Below are positions 41,999-52,410 of a stretch of 64,000 nt of DNA, piece after piece. The position numbers were made by a program, and so were the translations under genes. The stretch is taken from the IMG/VR virus record IMGVR_UViG_3300027541_000218, positions 1-64,000 of that record, one strand, 5' to 3'. Below the pieces are notes generated by a model. The model did not search any database and was not told the DNA's origin. It saw only the letters and a list, made by a program, of their open reading frames with translations. Within the stretch, counting starts at the first letter, position 1, and each line of letters opens with the position of its first letter. The stretch is from a virus.

Positions 41999-44900
41999 TT
42001 ACTACATCCTCCATTATCACTGTTCCATCTTTTGTTTTACCAAATTTAAATTTATATATGTTGCCTGCTTCAATATTCATATATGCTCTAGCAAAAGCGG
42101 TTGGAAACACAGTTACAGCATGTAGTTCTCTGCCAGCATCTGCTAATGTAAGAGATGCCATCTTTTTGCCAGTTTTTGTTACTCTAGGTTTAAAAGATAC
42201 TACAAACATTTCATCATCTTTAAATGGAAGCATTTTATAATTTAAAAACTTAATAAATGCATCTTTAGAATCTTTTATTTCATCAGCAGGAACTGCAGAT
42301 ACAATCCTGTTATCATTTGCAAGAATAATATAAGTACGACCAGCCTCAATAGAGGTATTTTCTTCATCAAATATACCCACGCTTCCTGTCTTATCTAGCA
42401 ACTCTACCCTTGACCATCCTTTTGATCTCTTAATTGATTTTACCATACCCATCAAAATGAATGCGCCCTTTTCTTCATATTCTTCAATATCATTTATATA
42501 TGCATAATAATGTTGTGGTACTGGCATATTAAATTCAGGGAGGTTAAGATACTCATATAAGTTTTCTTTAACCTTTTCTGCATCTGCTGGATTATCTGGG
42601 AATGTAAGTGCGCCAATAGCATTCATTGCTTGTAGTGCACGAGAATTTACTCCATTGCCTTTAGTAAATGTAAACTCTTCTACTTCTTTGAAAGAAGCAA
42701 ATGGTCTAGCAGCAATATAACGATCAGCAATGGTATCAGAAATAAACTTAATAGCGGAGAGTCCAAACCTGATGCCTTTACCTTCAATTTTAAAATCTTT
42801 ATCCGAATCATTAATATGAGGCAATTTAATTGGAATGCCCATTCTTTTCGCTTCAATCAAATACTCCGTTCTAGTATCTTTATCTTTTTCATTCTTAAGA
42901 AGAGCAAACATAAACTCTAGCGGATAGTGGTATTTGAGCCACGCCGTCCAATACGAGAGAGTACTGTAAGCAACGGCATGTGATTTGTTAAATGAGTAAC
43001 CCGCATGAGCCTCAAAGTCATGCCATAGATCAAGCGCATCATTAGGAGCAATATACTGAGAGGCACCCTTAATAAACTTGTCTTTGAATACATCAAACTC
43101 TTTAGCATCTTTTTTCTTTCCAATGATTTTTCTAACTTTATCTGCTTCCGACATGGACATACCGCCAAGGTGTACGCATGTTTGCATAACTTGTTCCTGG
43201 TAAAGAACGCAACCATAAGTGTCCTCCGTAAATGGTTTCATGATTTGGTGCTTATAATTAATATTTTGACGACCATGCTTACGAGCAATATAGTCTTTAC
43301 CAATTGTATTCATAGCACCAGGACGAACTAGAGCATTTGATGCAGCCAATTCATCAAGATTTTTTACCCCCATTTTAACAAGCAAGTTAGTATATGGGGT
43401 TGCTTCACATTGAAATACACCTTTAGTATATCCATCTGAAAGCATTTGATAAACATTTTTGTCTTTCATATCAATACTTAATAGATCAATTTTTTTATCA
43501 TGTCTTTGTTCAATAATGTCTAATGTGTCTTTAAGAACGCTCAAAGTCTTTAAACCAAGAGCATCAATTTTAATTAGACCAATCTTCTCAGCCTCTTCCA
43601 TATCGACTGCAACAACTGGAATCCTATCGTCACTTCCAGTAGAACTGCGAGTCTCCATCGGCGCATACCTAAAGATTGGATCTTTACTAGTAACAACTCC
43701 TGCAGCGTGAATACCAGTACCCCTAATTCGACCACGTAACTGTTCTCCATAAATTTCTACCTCTGGATATTTCTCTCTGAACCAAGCAGAGTTTTTAGAA
43801 GTACAGTAGTCATCCCATGTATCTACTGTCTTCAATACTTTATTCACATCTGGCAATGGTATATTTAACGCTCTTGCAACATCTCTAACAACACCCTTGT
43901 CTTTAAATTGTAAGAATGTAGCAATAGAAGCAACATGTCTATATTGTCTTACTAAATAATCTTTTACTTCATCACGACGAGAATCTTGAATATCTGTATC
44001 AATATCAGGAAAATCATTACGCTCAGGATTAATAAAGCGAAAGAACAAAAGTCCATGCTCAATTGGATCAATATCAGTAATACCTAAAGTATAACAAAGA
44101 AGTGAGCCTGCGGATGATCCACGACCTGGACCAACCATAATTCCTTCTTTCTTTGCCCAGTTAAGCATGTTACGAACAACTAGAAAATATGGTGCAAACT
44201 TTTTATCACGAATAATTTCTAACTCTTCCATTAATCTATTATCATATATGTCATTACCAAGCCAATTAGAGTTTAGCCTTTTTTCTTCTAATCCTGCAAA
44301 TGCTAAGTTTGCTAACTCTTGGTCTGGATTTCTATATTGAACTGGAAGCAGATTCATGCCAGACTTAATATCGTATTCTTCAACTTTGTTTGCAATCTCT
44401 ATAGTATGATCATAAATATCAGTGCGTGTAATACCGTGAGATTCCATGGCACTTTTCATTTCGTCAAATGATAAAAGATGAATATCAAACGATCTAAATG
44501 ACATTTGTCTATCTGCACCATAAAGGTAATCTAATCTATCCATCATATCTTTATGCTTTTTAGATTTATCATATGTTGCGTCTTTTTGTAATTTAGCATG
44601 GGTATTTAAAATTAGCATCATTTCTTGAATAACCTTTTGGTCTTCATTAGAATGGTGGCAGTCTGGCGTTACTACAAGTTTTACATTAAGAGAATCTGCA
44701 ATATCACAAATAGTTTTATTTACCTCTGGAGGATTATGTGGCATAATTTCTACATAATAATCATCGCCAAACTCATCAGCAAACCACTGTATATACTTCT
44801 TTGCTACTGCTAGTTCTCCAAGTTCTACCGCTTTTGCTACCCAACCACTCAGACATGCTGATGTAACAATTAAACCTTCTTTATATTTTTTTAATGTGTC

Positions 44901-45281
44901 AAAATCAAATCTTGGCTTGCTAAAAAATCCTTCAGTCCAAGCAATTTCATTAATTTTATTTAAGTTGTCTAGACCAACTTGATTCTTAGCAAGAAGGACT
45001 ATATGATGATAATTTTGATCAAGAGGATCAGTACGATCTGCCTTTGCTCTCTTATCAGCCATATCTGTAGTCATATAGCCTTCTACGCCAAGTATTGGCT
45101 TAATACCCTTTGCTTTTGCAATACGGTGCAGTTCCCTATGCCCAGATAAAGTACCGTGATCTGTGATTGCCAATGCAGGCATTCCCAGTTCAACTGCACG
45201 GTTCACGTATTCTTCTGGAGTAGCAACACCATCCATTAAGGAATAGTGTGTATGGACATGTAAGCCAACGTAGTTCATCAA
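41991..45281 (-). CDS. dnaE: DNA polymerase III alpha subunit
   Basis: PHP HVHTHYSLMDG/TDHG, GRGSSAGS, PDIDTD, HAAGVV, KIDALGL, FNKSH. Confidence 0.95.
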   Translation of the reverse strand: MMNYVGLHVHTHYSLMDGVATPEEYVNRAVELGMPALAITDHGTLSGHRELHRIAKAKGIKPILGVEGYMTTDMADKRAKADRTDPLDQNYHHIVLLAKNQVGLDNLNKINEIAWTEGFFSKPRFDFDTLKKYKEGLIVTSACLSGWVAKAVELGELAVAKKYIQWFADEFGDDYYVEIMPHNPPEVNKTICDIADSLNVKLVVTPDCHHSNEDQKVIQEMMLILNTHAKLQKDATYDKSKKHKDMMDRLDYLYGADRQMSFRSFDIHLLSFDEMKSAMESHGITRTDIYDHTIEIANKVEEYDIKSGMNLLPVQYRNPDQELANLAFAGLEEKRLNSNWLGNDIYDNRLMEELEIIRDKKFAPYFLVVRNMLNWAKKEGIMVGPGRGSSAGSLLCYTLGITDIDPIEHGLLFFRFINPERNDFPDIDTDIQDSRRDEVKDYLVRQYRHVASIATFLQFKDKGVVRDVARALNIPLPDVNKVLKTVDTWDDYCTSKNSAWFREKYPEVEIYGEQLRGRIRGTGIHAAGVVTSKDPIFRYAPMETRSSTGSDDRIPVVAVDMEEAEKIGLIKIDALGLKTLSVLKDTLDIIEQRHDKKIDLLSIDMKDKNVYQMLSDGYTKGVFQCEATPYTNLLVKMGVKNLDELAASNALVRPGAMNTIGKDYIARKHGRQNINYKHQIMKPFTEDTYGCVLYQEQVMQTCVHLGGMSMSEADKVRKIIGKKKDAKEFDVFKDKFIKGASQYIAPNDALDLWHDFEAHAGYSFNKSHAVAYSTLSYWTAWLKYHYPLEFMFALLKNEKDKDTRTEYLIEAKRMGIPIKLPHINDSDKDFKIEGKGIRFGLSAIKFISDTIADRYIAARPFASFKEVEEFTFTKGNGVNSRALQAMNAIGALTFPDNPADAEKVKENLYEYLNLPEFNMPVPQHYYAYINDIEEYEEKGAFILMGMVKSIKRSKGWSRVELLDKTGSVGIFDEENTSIEAGRTYIILANDNRIVSAVPADEIKDSKDAFIKFLNYKMLPFKDDEMFVVSFKPRVTKTGKKMASLTLADAGRELHAVTVFPTAFARAYMNIEAGNIYKFKFGKTKDGTVIMEDVVNV

Positions 45282-45935
45282 TTACCAGTCAATATTAGTT
45301 GCTGTTACTGATGGAGTGTCAAACCCAAAGTAGAATGCTTCTTGCTCTGGATATGGAACTTCACGAACTACCTTTTCTAGATTAAAGAACTCACGACCAT
45401 CCCACTTGAATGGTTCTGAGTCTGGAGTGCTTGGAATAAGTGTGTAATTAGTTTCAGTTCCCTGACCATTACGCTTTAGTTTCCAAGTCAAATTTGAGAT
45501 GCTTCCTGTTTCAAGTGCATACTCACGAATTGTATTAAATGCAGATTGCTTGCTGATACCTTGTGACCATACTGCAATGTATGGATCTTCTGTGCCATCA
45601 TCAACTAGTACATTTGTATAGAAGCGAAGACGTGCTCTCCAACCACTCTTTGGTTCTTTACGAGCCATCTCACAGCCAAAGCAACGACCTTCTGATTCTT
45701 GAGTACAAGCAGCCTTACGCTTGTAGTCTTTTGGATTAGTATGTTCAGAAACAACTACAGCCATACCACGATCTTCATTATAGTTTGCTGAGTCAGAATC
45801 TAATTCGTTAACAAAACGAATCTTTGCTGCTTGTCCATCTGCTAGTTTAACCCAGCGGACTTTTGTTCCTGTGCTTTCGTATTTTGGTTTTTCGACTAGG
45901 GCGTTAATATTTTTTAGTCCCTTTACAATAGTCAT
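45282..45935 (-). CDS. phage ssDNA-binding protein (gp32-like)
   Basis: KL.DG....RF, H...C....C..C Zn site, KRNGQGTETNY; next to the polymerase. Confidence 0.65.
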   Translation of the reverse strand: MTIVKGLKNINALVEKPKYESTGTKVRWVKLADGQAAKIRFVNELDSDSANYNEDRGMAVVVSEHTNPKDYKRKAACTQESEGRCFGCEMARKEPKSGWRARLRFYTNVLVDDGTEDPYIAVWSQGISKQSAFNTIREYALETGSISNLTWKLKRNGQGTETNYTLIPSTPDSEPFKWDGREFFNLEKVVREVPYPEQEAFYFGFDTPSVTATNIDW

Positions 45936-45961
45936 ATTTTCTCCTTATATATAAGTTTTAT

Positions 45962-46927
45962 CTATTTTAGCATAGCATCAATAACATTGTCAAATGAAAG
46001 TTTTAGTTGCCTAATTTCATCATCTGTCATATCACCAATGTCTTTATATTTTTTATCAGGTCGGATAACTGTAACTAAGTTTCCTAATTTTTCAATTAGT
46101 CTATCAGCCATAATTGATCCAGCCTCATCGTTGTCTGCTACAAGTACAATACTATTAAAGTATTTTTTCAAAAGTCCCATCTGGCTTGATGAAACATTTG
46201 CCCCTAGGGTAGCAACCGCAGGGAAACCTACTTGATCTAATCGAATTGCATCAAAAGATGATTCAACAACATAGATAGTCTTTGATGCTTTTACTCTATG
46301 CAAATTAAAAAGTATTTTACTCTTAGGTAAGCCTGGTGTATTTTTAAACTCTTTACCCTCAATAGTTCTAGCAACAAATCCAATAGTCATACCTTCTGGA
46401 GACTGCATTGGAATTACCACTGAATCTTGTTTTTCTGAATATCCTAAATCAAACTTGGTAACAGAATCTTTTGTAATTCTTCTACCTTCAAAATATGTCA
46501 TTGCCCTAGGAGATTCTAGTGCCTGCTTATTCAATCTTTTAATCAATAATTCATCATATTGAACAAAGTCAGGTGCTGCATATAAAGTTTTATTAACAAG
46601 AGATTCAATATCTGTTTCTACTTCTTTGCTTTTAATATATCTAACAGATTCAAAATATGTTCTACCTGTCATATGCATAATTAATTCTATAAGGTTCTTA
46701 GTAGTTTGACAGCCAAAACAAAAGAATAGCCCAGAGTCTTTAGAAACTTCTCCAGCAGGAGTTCTATTATTGTTATGGTATGGACAAAATATAATATAGT
46801 CAGTGCCGTATTCTGCCTCTATATCTATTCCTGCGCCTGTTAGTACTCTATGTATCTGTTGTGTTGTATATATCTCTTTAAGCATTTTTATCTTCGAAAT
46901 CTTTATATCTGTAATATCCTTTATCAA
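45962..46927 (-). CDS. DNA primase
   Basis: CPYH...CFGC Zn finger, TOPRIM VVESSFD, DNDEAG, KDIGD; true start is downstream of 46927. Confidence 0.9.
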   Translation of the reverse strand: MIKDITDIKISKIKMLKEIYTTQQIHRVLTGAGIDIEAEYGTDYIIFCPYHNNNRTPAGEVSKDSGLFFCFGCQTTKNLIELIMHMTGRTYFESVRYIKSKEVETDIESLVNKTLYAAPDFVQYDELLIKRLNKQALESPRAMTYFEGRRITKDSVTKFDLGYSEKQDSVVIPMQSPEGMTIGFVARTIEGKEFKNTPGLPKSKILFNLHRVKASKTIYVVESSFDAIRLDQVGFPAVATLGANVSSSQMGLLKKYFNSIVLVADNDEAGSIMADRLIEKLGNLVTVIRPDKKYKDIGDMTDDEIRQLKLSFDNVIDAMLK

Positions 46928-48104
46928 AATCTACTTGTATTAAAAAGTCTCCCATAAATCCGTTACGATTTTTTCTGAATGCACATTCAATTATATCACT
47001 GTTGGATGCACGACCCAATGCTAATACCCAGTCAGCATCGTAGGCAATCTGTCTTGACCATGCTGTTTGACCAAGTGTAGGTACAGTAGAAAGATCTTTT
47101 ACATCATCTGGAGTTGCAGAAGAAATTGCAATAATGGGCATTTCTTCACTAATAGCCATAAGTTTAAGTTCTCGTGAAAGGTTCTTCATTCTAACTGTTT
47201 CATTATCTGCTTTTTGATTTGGAGACATAAGTTGTAAATAGTCAACAATAACAAAGTCTGGTTTATATTGATCTATCTTTCCACGAATAACTGATGGTGT
47301 AATCTCTCCGCCCTGATCGTTAGAAATAATATGAAAGTGTGGTCTACCTTCTACCTTATTTGAATGCCACTTCTTAAGCATATCTGTTTCAACTTCACCA
47401 TTGCTAAGTTTACGATGAGACCATAATCCCTCACCCATAATTGCAAATACACGGTTACGAACTTCTGTTTCAGACATTTCAAGACTGATAATCATAGGCG
47501 TTTTGCCTTGCTTCCATGCCTGTACCGCAAAATAAAGAGCAAGCCATGATTTACCAATACCTGGATAAGCAAGGAAAATACCTAGTTGACCTGCCGTAAT
47601 ACCAGAAGGTAGGTAGTTATCAAAACCTGGAAGACCAGTTTTAATTCCTATAGATCCAAGTTCTTGTTGCTTTCTTACATTTTCAAAATATGCAATTGCT
47701 GATTCTAAATCTGTAGCATCAACATCTCTAATTGTAGATGTATTTTTCTTTAATTCTGAAGTTTTAGTAATTAATTGCTCTAGTGCCTTTTGACCTTCTC
47801 CACCTTGAATTTCAGATGCAGCGTTACGAATAATATCTTTAAGGCTATCGTTTAAATATTCAACTTGAAGTTCATCTAAATGGTGCTTTGTTGCACCTAC
47901 CTCTTGAACTGGAGTAAAATCTCTAAACTTTTCTACAACTAATGATAGTGGAGGAACTGTGCCATTATGCTCTGCGTAGTTTCTAATGAAAAGCCAAACA
48001 TCATTATGCGTTCTAAGAATATTATCTACATTGGCTTGCAGGAGTACGTGAACCTGTTTATCTTGCAATACTGCTGATATTAGTTTTGCCTCTGTGTTAT
48101 TCAC
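46878..48104 (-). CDS. DnaB-like replicative helicase
   Basis: AYPGIGKS, SLEMS, IVDYLQLM, IAYDAD, KNRNG. Confidence 0.92.
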   Translation of the reverse strand: MNNTEAKLISAVLQDKQVHVLLQANVDNILRTHNDVWLFIRNYAEHNGTVPPLSLVVEKFRDFTPVQEVGATKHHLDELQVEYLNDSLKDIIRNAASEIQGGEGQKALEQLITKTSELKKNTSTIRDVDATDLESAIAYFENVRKQQELGSIGIKTGLPGFDNYLPSGITAGQLGIFLAYPGIGKSWLALYFAVQAWKQGKTPMIISLEMSETEVRNRVFAIMGEGLWSHRKLSNGEVETDMLKKWHSNKVEGRPHFHIISNDQGGEITPSVIRGKIDQYKPDFVIVDYLQLMSPNQKADNETVRMKNLSRELKLMAISEEMPIIAISSATPDDVKDLSTVPTLGQTAWSRQIAYDADWVLALGRASNSDIIECAFRKNRNGFMGDFLIQVDFDKGYYRYKDFEDKNA

Positions 48105-48405
48105 TTAGCCACTCCCTTGCTAATTTTCTACGCTCTTCTCGTTCTTTAATATCTGCCTGCACTTCTAGTTTACCATTAAGAATTTTTTCTGCATTATATG
48201 CAAAGAAGTTCCAATTTGGATCTTGAGCAACTAAAAAATAATAATCTAATAAATCATAACAGTCTTTTATCCCATAGGATTCAACAAGGGCATCTGCAGC
48301 CCATTGCTCAACATTAAGATTGAGATTAGACTTTTGCTCATATCTTTGCAAATATAATTTGTTGTATCGACTGAGCAAAGCCATTCGGTCTTTGCGGTCA
48401 GCCAT
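48097..48405 (-). CDS. hypothetical protein
   Basis: 102 aa, directly upstream of the helicase. Confidence 0.7.
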   Translation of the reverse strand: MADRKDRMALLSRYNKLYLQRYEQKSNLNLNVEQWAADALVESYGIKDCYDLLDYYFLVAQDPNWNFFAYNAEKILNGKLEVQADIKEREERRKLAREWLSE

Positions 48406-48406
48406 A

Positions 48407-48634
48407 CTATTCTTCTACTAACTCTGTCTTTGCTTCTTGAACCTTTTCTACCACTTTGCTTTCAACAAAGGAGTAAACACGGTCCATAGCCTCATTTGTA
48501 GTTTCTCCATCACGGGTATAATCAACTACCCCAAGATCAACTCTTAAAGACTGGAAATTACCCAGATTAAGGGTATATCCAAGTGTTACTGATACTTTTG
48601 TGTCATTACGTTCTTCCACCACTGCCTCCTTCAA
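48407..48634 (-). CDS. hypothetical protein
   Basis: LGYTLNLGNFQSLRVD motif. Confidence 0.7.
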   Translation of the reverse strand: MKEAVVEERNDTKVSVTLGYTLNLGNFQSLRVDLGVVDYTRDGETTNEAMDRVYSFVESKVVEKVQEAKTELVEE

Positions 48635-48637
48635 AGG

Positions 48638-49183
48638 CTAATTAATGCTCTCTCCCCAAACAGGAATAAATCTACCATCTTCAGTTTTTGTATAAACCAG
48701 TATACCATCGCCAGTTCTTCGTGTCAACTCCTGAGATGTAGGAGTCATATTGTTTGTTATTAAATTATCTTTTCTTGGTCTACCAATATGTATGCTTGCA
48801 AGTATATCACGTATCTCTTTTAATTGCGATTCAGAGTAGTACGCTCTTACTTGCCAATCTCTTGTACCGCCAACCTGTGCTCCTATTGGAGGCGGAATAA
48901 CTCCACGTTTAATTAGATATGGAATATATTTACGATGCCTATTGACAAGTCTTGCAGTTTCTGCTACAGTATATGCCCTTTGTCTATTTTTTCTGAAGTC
49001 ATTACGAAAACAAGTTTCTAGTCTATCTTTTGTAATATTGTAAAATGTAACCATACCAGTTGATCTAGAACTATGATATAGTCTAACTAAATCATTATTT
49101 AAAAACCAAATTTTTTGGTTACCTTTAATTATAGGCTGACTATTGTAGTCTTTGCTCTCAAGTTTTCTTGGTCCAAAAGCCAT
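48638..49183 (-). CDS. MerR-like HTH DNA-binding protein
   Basis: YTVAETARLVNRH...GVIPPP...RAYYSES. Confidence 0.7.
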   Translation of the reverse strand: MAFGPRKLESKDYNSQPIIKGNQKIWFLNNDLVRLYHSSRSTGMVTFYNITKDRLETCFRNDFRKNRQRAYTVAETARLVNRHRKYIPYLIKRGVIPPPIGAQVGGTRDWQVRAYYSESQLKEIRDILASIHIGRPRKDNLITNNMTPTSQELTRRTGDGILVYTKTEDGRFIPVWGESIN

Positions 49184-49353
49184 TTTCCCTCCTTGCTATC
49201 TGAAGGTGGATGATAAAAATTTCTAGATCCACAACGGATGCAATAGGTCTCTAAGTGTATTTGGCTAGAATATTGTCTATCAACAAACATTCTACCTTTG
49301 CAGCGTCTGCAATGGATCATGTACCCAATTCCCCTTTTAGTTTGGAATTCCAA
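49129..49353 (-). CDS. Zn-ribbon hypothetical protein
   Basis: CRRCKGRMFVD...CIRCG. Confidence 0.65.
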   Translation of the reverse strand: MEFQTKRGIGYMIHCRRCKGRMFVDRQYSSQIHLETYCIRCGSRNFYHPPSDSKEGKWLLDQENLRAKTTIVSL

Positions 49354-49780
49354 TAATAATTAGGTGAACAGCCAAGGACAGATCTCCTGACGCTCCAAAC
49401 CTAACCACTCCTTCTACTCTTGATGTAGTAACAGATTTTAAAATAACATTTACATTTTGTCCTGCTGGAGTATTTCCAATATTAACTGCAGTAGCAGATG
49501 CTATTGGTGCATATTTAAAATCAGATGGGAAGTCATATGAAAATGTCTTTTCGTTTCCTGCGCTAACTGTTGAGTTATTTGCTACTTCAACATACCCACC
49601 AACTACTCTAGCCTCTGATGTTTTTACACTCTGCTTACCTGCAGAAACAGTATCTACAGTAGTATAGTTGTAGGTTGCAGATGAAACCTGCGTAGAAATA
49701 TCATTAATTGTATCTGCCAACTGATAAATGTATGTAACATCTAACGGTTGACCTCGTTCTGGTAGTGGTACTTTTGCCAT
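49337..49780 (-). CDS. tail-region structural protein
   Basis: End of the tail operon; beta-rich; FPSDFKYAP. Confidence 0.6.
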   Translation of the reverse strand: MAKVPLPERGQPLDVTYIYQLADTINDISTQVSSATYNYTTVDTVSAGKQSVKTSEARVVGGYVEVANNSTVSAGNEKTFSYDFPSDFKYAPIASATAVNIGNTPAGQNVNVILKSVTTSRVEGVVRFGASGDLSLAVHLIIIGIPN

Positions 49781-49798
49781 TATCTCTCCATTATATCA

Positions 49799-50332
49799 TT
49801 AAACAGTCTCATTGAGCAGTCTATAAACTTTTAAAAATGGTGTTCCTGGAGCGCCATCTGCTCTTTCAATTGGTTCTCCTTTTAAATAAATCTCAACACT
49901 CATTCTATTTGGCGTGGTTGGTTGCACAACTCCATTAATTGTCCATGTATTTGGAATTGGTAAAGCAAGAGATGTTGTATCAATTCTTTCTTTATATAGC
50001 CAATCACCATTTCCACCACCACGATCCCATCTTACCCAAATATCATATTCATGTGTTTTAGTTATTGAATAAGTATTTCCACCATCAACTTTGGTTACTT
50101 CTACAGCATCCCAAACAATAGTAGCAATTGATCCTGCTTTATTAAATACAATATTTCCAGGCACAAATGTATAACCTGGTTGTATTAAATAGACAGGAGA
50201 CCAATGAGATGTTCTGTTTCTATCTGAAGAAATAATCCTATATCTTACAGAATATCCCTCTGTATTAGAGTCAATGGCTGGTAAATTATTTGGAGAAGTT
50301 TTAAACTTTTTAATTGTTTCAGAAGTAGCCAT
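49799..50332 (-). CDS. minor tail protein (FN3-like)
   Basis: VRYRIISSDRNRTSHWSP; position in the tail operon. Confidence 0.6.
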   Translation of the reverse strand: MATSETIKKFKTSPNNLPAIDSNTEGYSVRYRIISSDRNRTSHWSPVYLIQPGYTFVPGNIVFNKAGSIATIVWDAVEVTKVDGGNTYSITKTHEYDIWVRWDRGGGNGDWLYKERIDTTSLALPIPNTWTINGVVQPTTPNRMSVEIYLKGEPIERADGAPGTPFLKVYRLLNETV

Positions 50333-51483
50333 TATGTTACTCCAACTGAAAATCTAAATTCAATATAATTACTTGTATTGGGAGACTTGACAACTGTTTC
50401 TGCATTAGTAGTTTTGATAACTGAATAACCAGTAAGACCATATAATGGATTTGTAGTAGCAATATTTTCTAGTCTCATTGCATCAAGTGCAACATAATAA
50501 TCATCAGACGGAACATCTGAAACTAAAACACATGCATATATTTTTACAACTGTTACAGCATTCCACGTAAATCCTTGTGTCTGATATAGTTCTTGTAGTT
50601 GTTTTGTTATTACAAAATAGCGGTTAGTAGAAAAATCATATGTTCCTCCAGTACCGCTTCCATTATCAAGTTCAGCCTCAAATCTAGCAAATTCTCCAGA
50701 ACCTTCTGCATCTGTACTTGCAAAATCTACAAGAATGCGAACGGTGTCAGGAACTGCAGAAGAATCTCCATCCTTACTTACAAGAGAAAATGCAAGACGC
50801 AATTCGTCAATTGGAGAGTTACGTGTAAAATTAACATCAGCACCAGTTAAATGTATATGATTTGATCCAGCCTCAACAACAAAATGTCCTTCAGCACTAC
50901 CTGTTGATGAGTCAATAGTTAGGTCTGAATCATTTCCACGAATTAAAATAATATTATTTAAAAATCTACAACGCTCATATCTTTCTGGGCGTGGTGATTT
51001 ATAAAATATAGAGTTATCTGCATTTGTTTGAAATACTGGGTCTGTAGTAGCAATTACGTTATCGTCTAGCGGATCATCCAACGGAGTTGTAATAGTTGGA
51101 ATAGATGTTGCAGCAGATGCTGTATGATATTGCCAGTTTTCACCTTGAGTAAAAGCAAACACAGTTTTGCTATCATAGGCTCCAGCAGAAGGATTTGATC
51201 CTGCAGAGTACAAGCCAATCTCTGAAATTTCATATCTTTCTTCTGTTGGTAGTTCTGCTGTTAATACAATTTTTTCTGTACCAGCATCATTAACAAAGCC
51301 CCTAGATGAAATAGGCACTCTGAACATTTCAAAATCTAGGTTGTCTTTAGTTGAGTAGTCTCCATATGGATCAGTAGTATCTAGTGGCTGTGCTCCACAT
51401 CCTATGGCAATATAAGAAGCATAGGCTGGTGCCTGACCAAGAAGATACTTACCAATGATAGATTTTCCAGTGTTTGTAATCAT
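50332..51483 (-). CDS. minor tail / baseplate protein
   Basis: MITNTGK...YIAIGCG...ISEIGLY N-terminal motif. Confidence 0.7.
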   Translation of the reverse strand: MITNTGKSIIGKYLLGQAPAYASYIAIGCGAQPLDTTDPYGDYSTKDNLDFEMFRVPISSRGFVNDAGTEKIVLTAELPTEERYEISEIGLYSAGSNPSAGAYDSKTVFAFTQGENWQYHTASAATSIPTITTPLDDPLDDNVIATTDPVFQTNADNSIFYKSPRPERYERCRFLNNIILIRGNDSDLTIDSSTGSAEGHFVVEAGSNHIHLTGADVNFTRNSPIDELRLAFSLVSKDGDSSAVPDTVRILVDFASTDAEGSGEFARFEAELDNGSGTGGTYDFSTNRYFVITKQLQELYQTQGFTWNAVTVVKIYACVLVSDVPSDDYYVALDAMRLENIATTNPLYGLTGYSVIKTTNAETVVKSPNTSNYIEFRFSVGVT

Positions 51484-52409
51484 AATTCCGCCTCATATAT
51501 TGTACCACCTGTGGTAATTTCTACCTCTATCTGCTCATCTAGTTCTAAATTTACAGCCTCTACTACCAGTTCTCCAGTTTCTGGGTCTATATATACATGC
51601 GATCCATCTGGACCTGTTCCTTCTGTTGGAACTTTATTATCAAATCTAATAGAAAAATTTTGAAAATATTTATCGGAAGTAGCCTGTAAACTAACAATAT
51701 TATTAGCGTTATATTGTTGTTGAATCTGTGTCAAATTTTTAATAGGCTGATAAATAATTTGTTGACCATTAACCGTATCATTTCTAGCAATATTAATTAA
51801 CTCTTGTCCACCAATATTTTCAAAAATAAGGTCAGACATAATTTGAATTGGAACGGCGTCTTCGTCAAATAAAATAGTGTCAATTGGAGCAGTTTTTACT
51901 GGTGGTGGCGGCGGCGCTTGTGTAACTGGGCTTATGTTAGACGGGGTAGAAGAGAGAGTAGAGGGTGTTAAAGGAATAGGGTTTGGAGAAGACTGTTGGT
52001 TAGATCCACTACCATTATTTGGTGATTGAGAACTTGCTTGAACAACACTCTGCGTTGTTGGTATGACTATTTGATTATTTTTATCATATTCTGCTGCTTT
52101 TGCTGCTGATGCAGCATTAATTGCAGCACCTAAGTCTGTTCCTCTTCCTCCTGCTGCTTTTGCTGCATTAAGAGTATCAAAATATTCTTTATCTGTTAAA
52201 GTTTTTCCAGGTGTATAAGAATCTCCGTAGTACCCTGCCTTATTAACTCCACCACGTAGATCATAGTATTGTTCTGGTGTTGGTCTTTCAAAAGTTTTTG
52301 TTTCAGGGTTAAATACACTATATCCAGCAGCGTTTGCCTGTATAACTCTTTTTGTTGTTGCATCTAATTGTTCAAATGGAATTTTATTAAATGATTGATC
52401 GTCAGCCAT
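51480..52409 (-). CDS. minor tail protein with low-complexity Ser/Pro linker
   Basis: Position in the tail operon. Confidence 0.55.
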   Translation of the reverse strand: MADDQSFNKIPFEQLDATTKRVIQANAAGYSVFNPETKTFERPTPEQYYDLRGGVNKAGYYGDSYTPGKTLTDKEYFDTLNAAKAAGGRGTDLGAAINAASAAKAAEYDKNNQIVIPTTQSVVQASSQSPNNGSGSNQQSSPNPIPLTPSTLSSTPSNISPVTQAPPPPPVKTAPIDTILFDEDAVPIQIMSDLIFENIGGQELINIARNDTVNGQQIIYQPIKNLTQIQQQYNANNIVSLQATSDKYFQNFSIRFDNKVPTEGTGPDGSHVYIDPETGELVVEAVNLELDEQIEVEITTGGTIYEAEL

Positions 52410-52410
52410 T

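Noticed and set aside
41991-48104. Inteins or introns in DnaE or the helicase
   Set aside because: Lengths are normal, motifs are contiguous and no intein splice signatures were seen.
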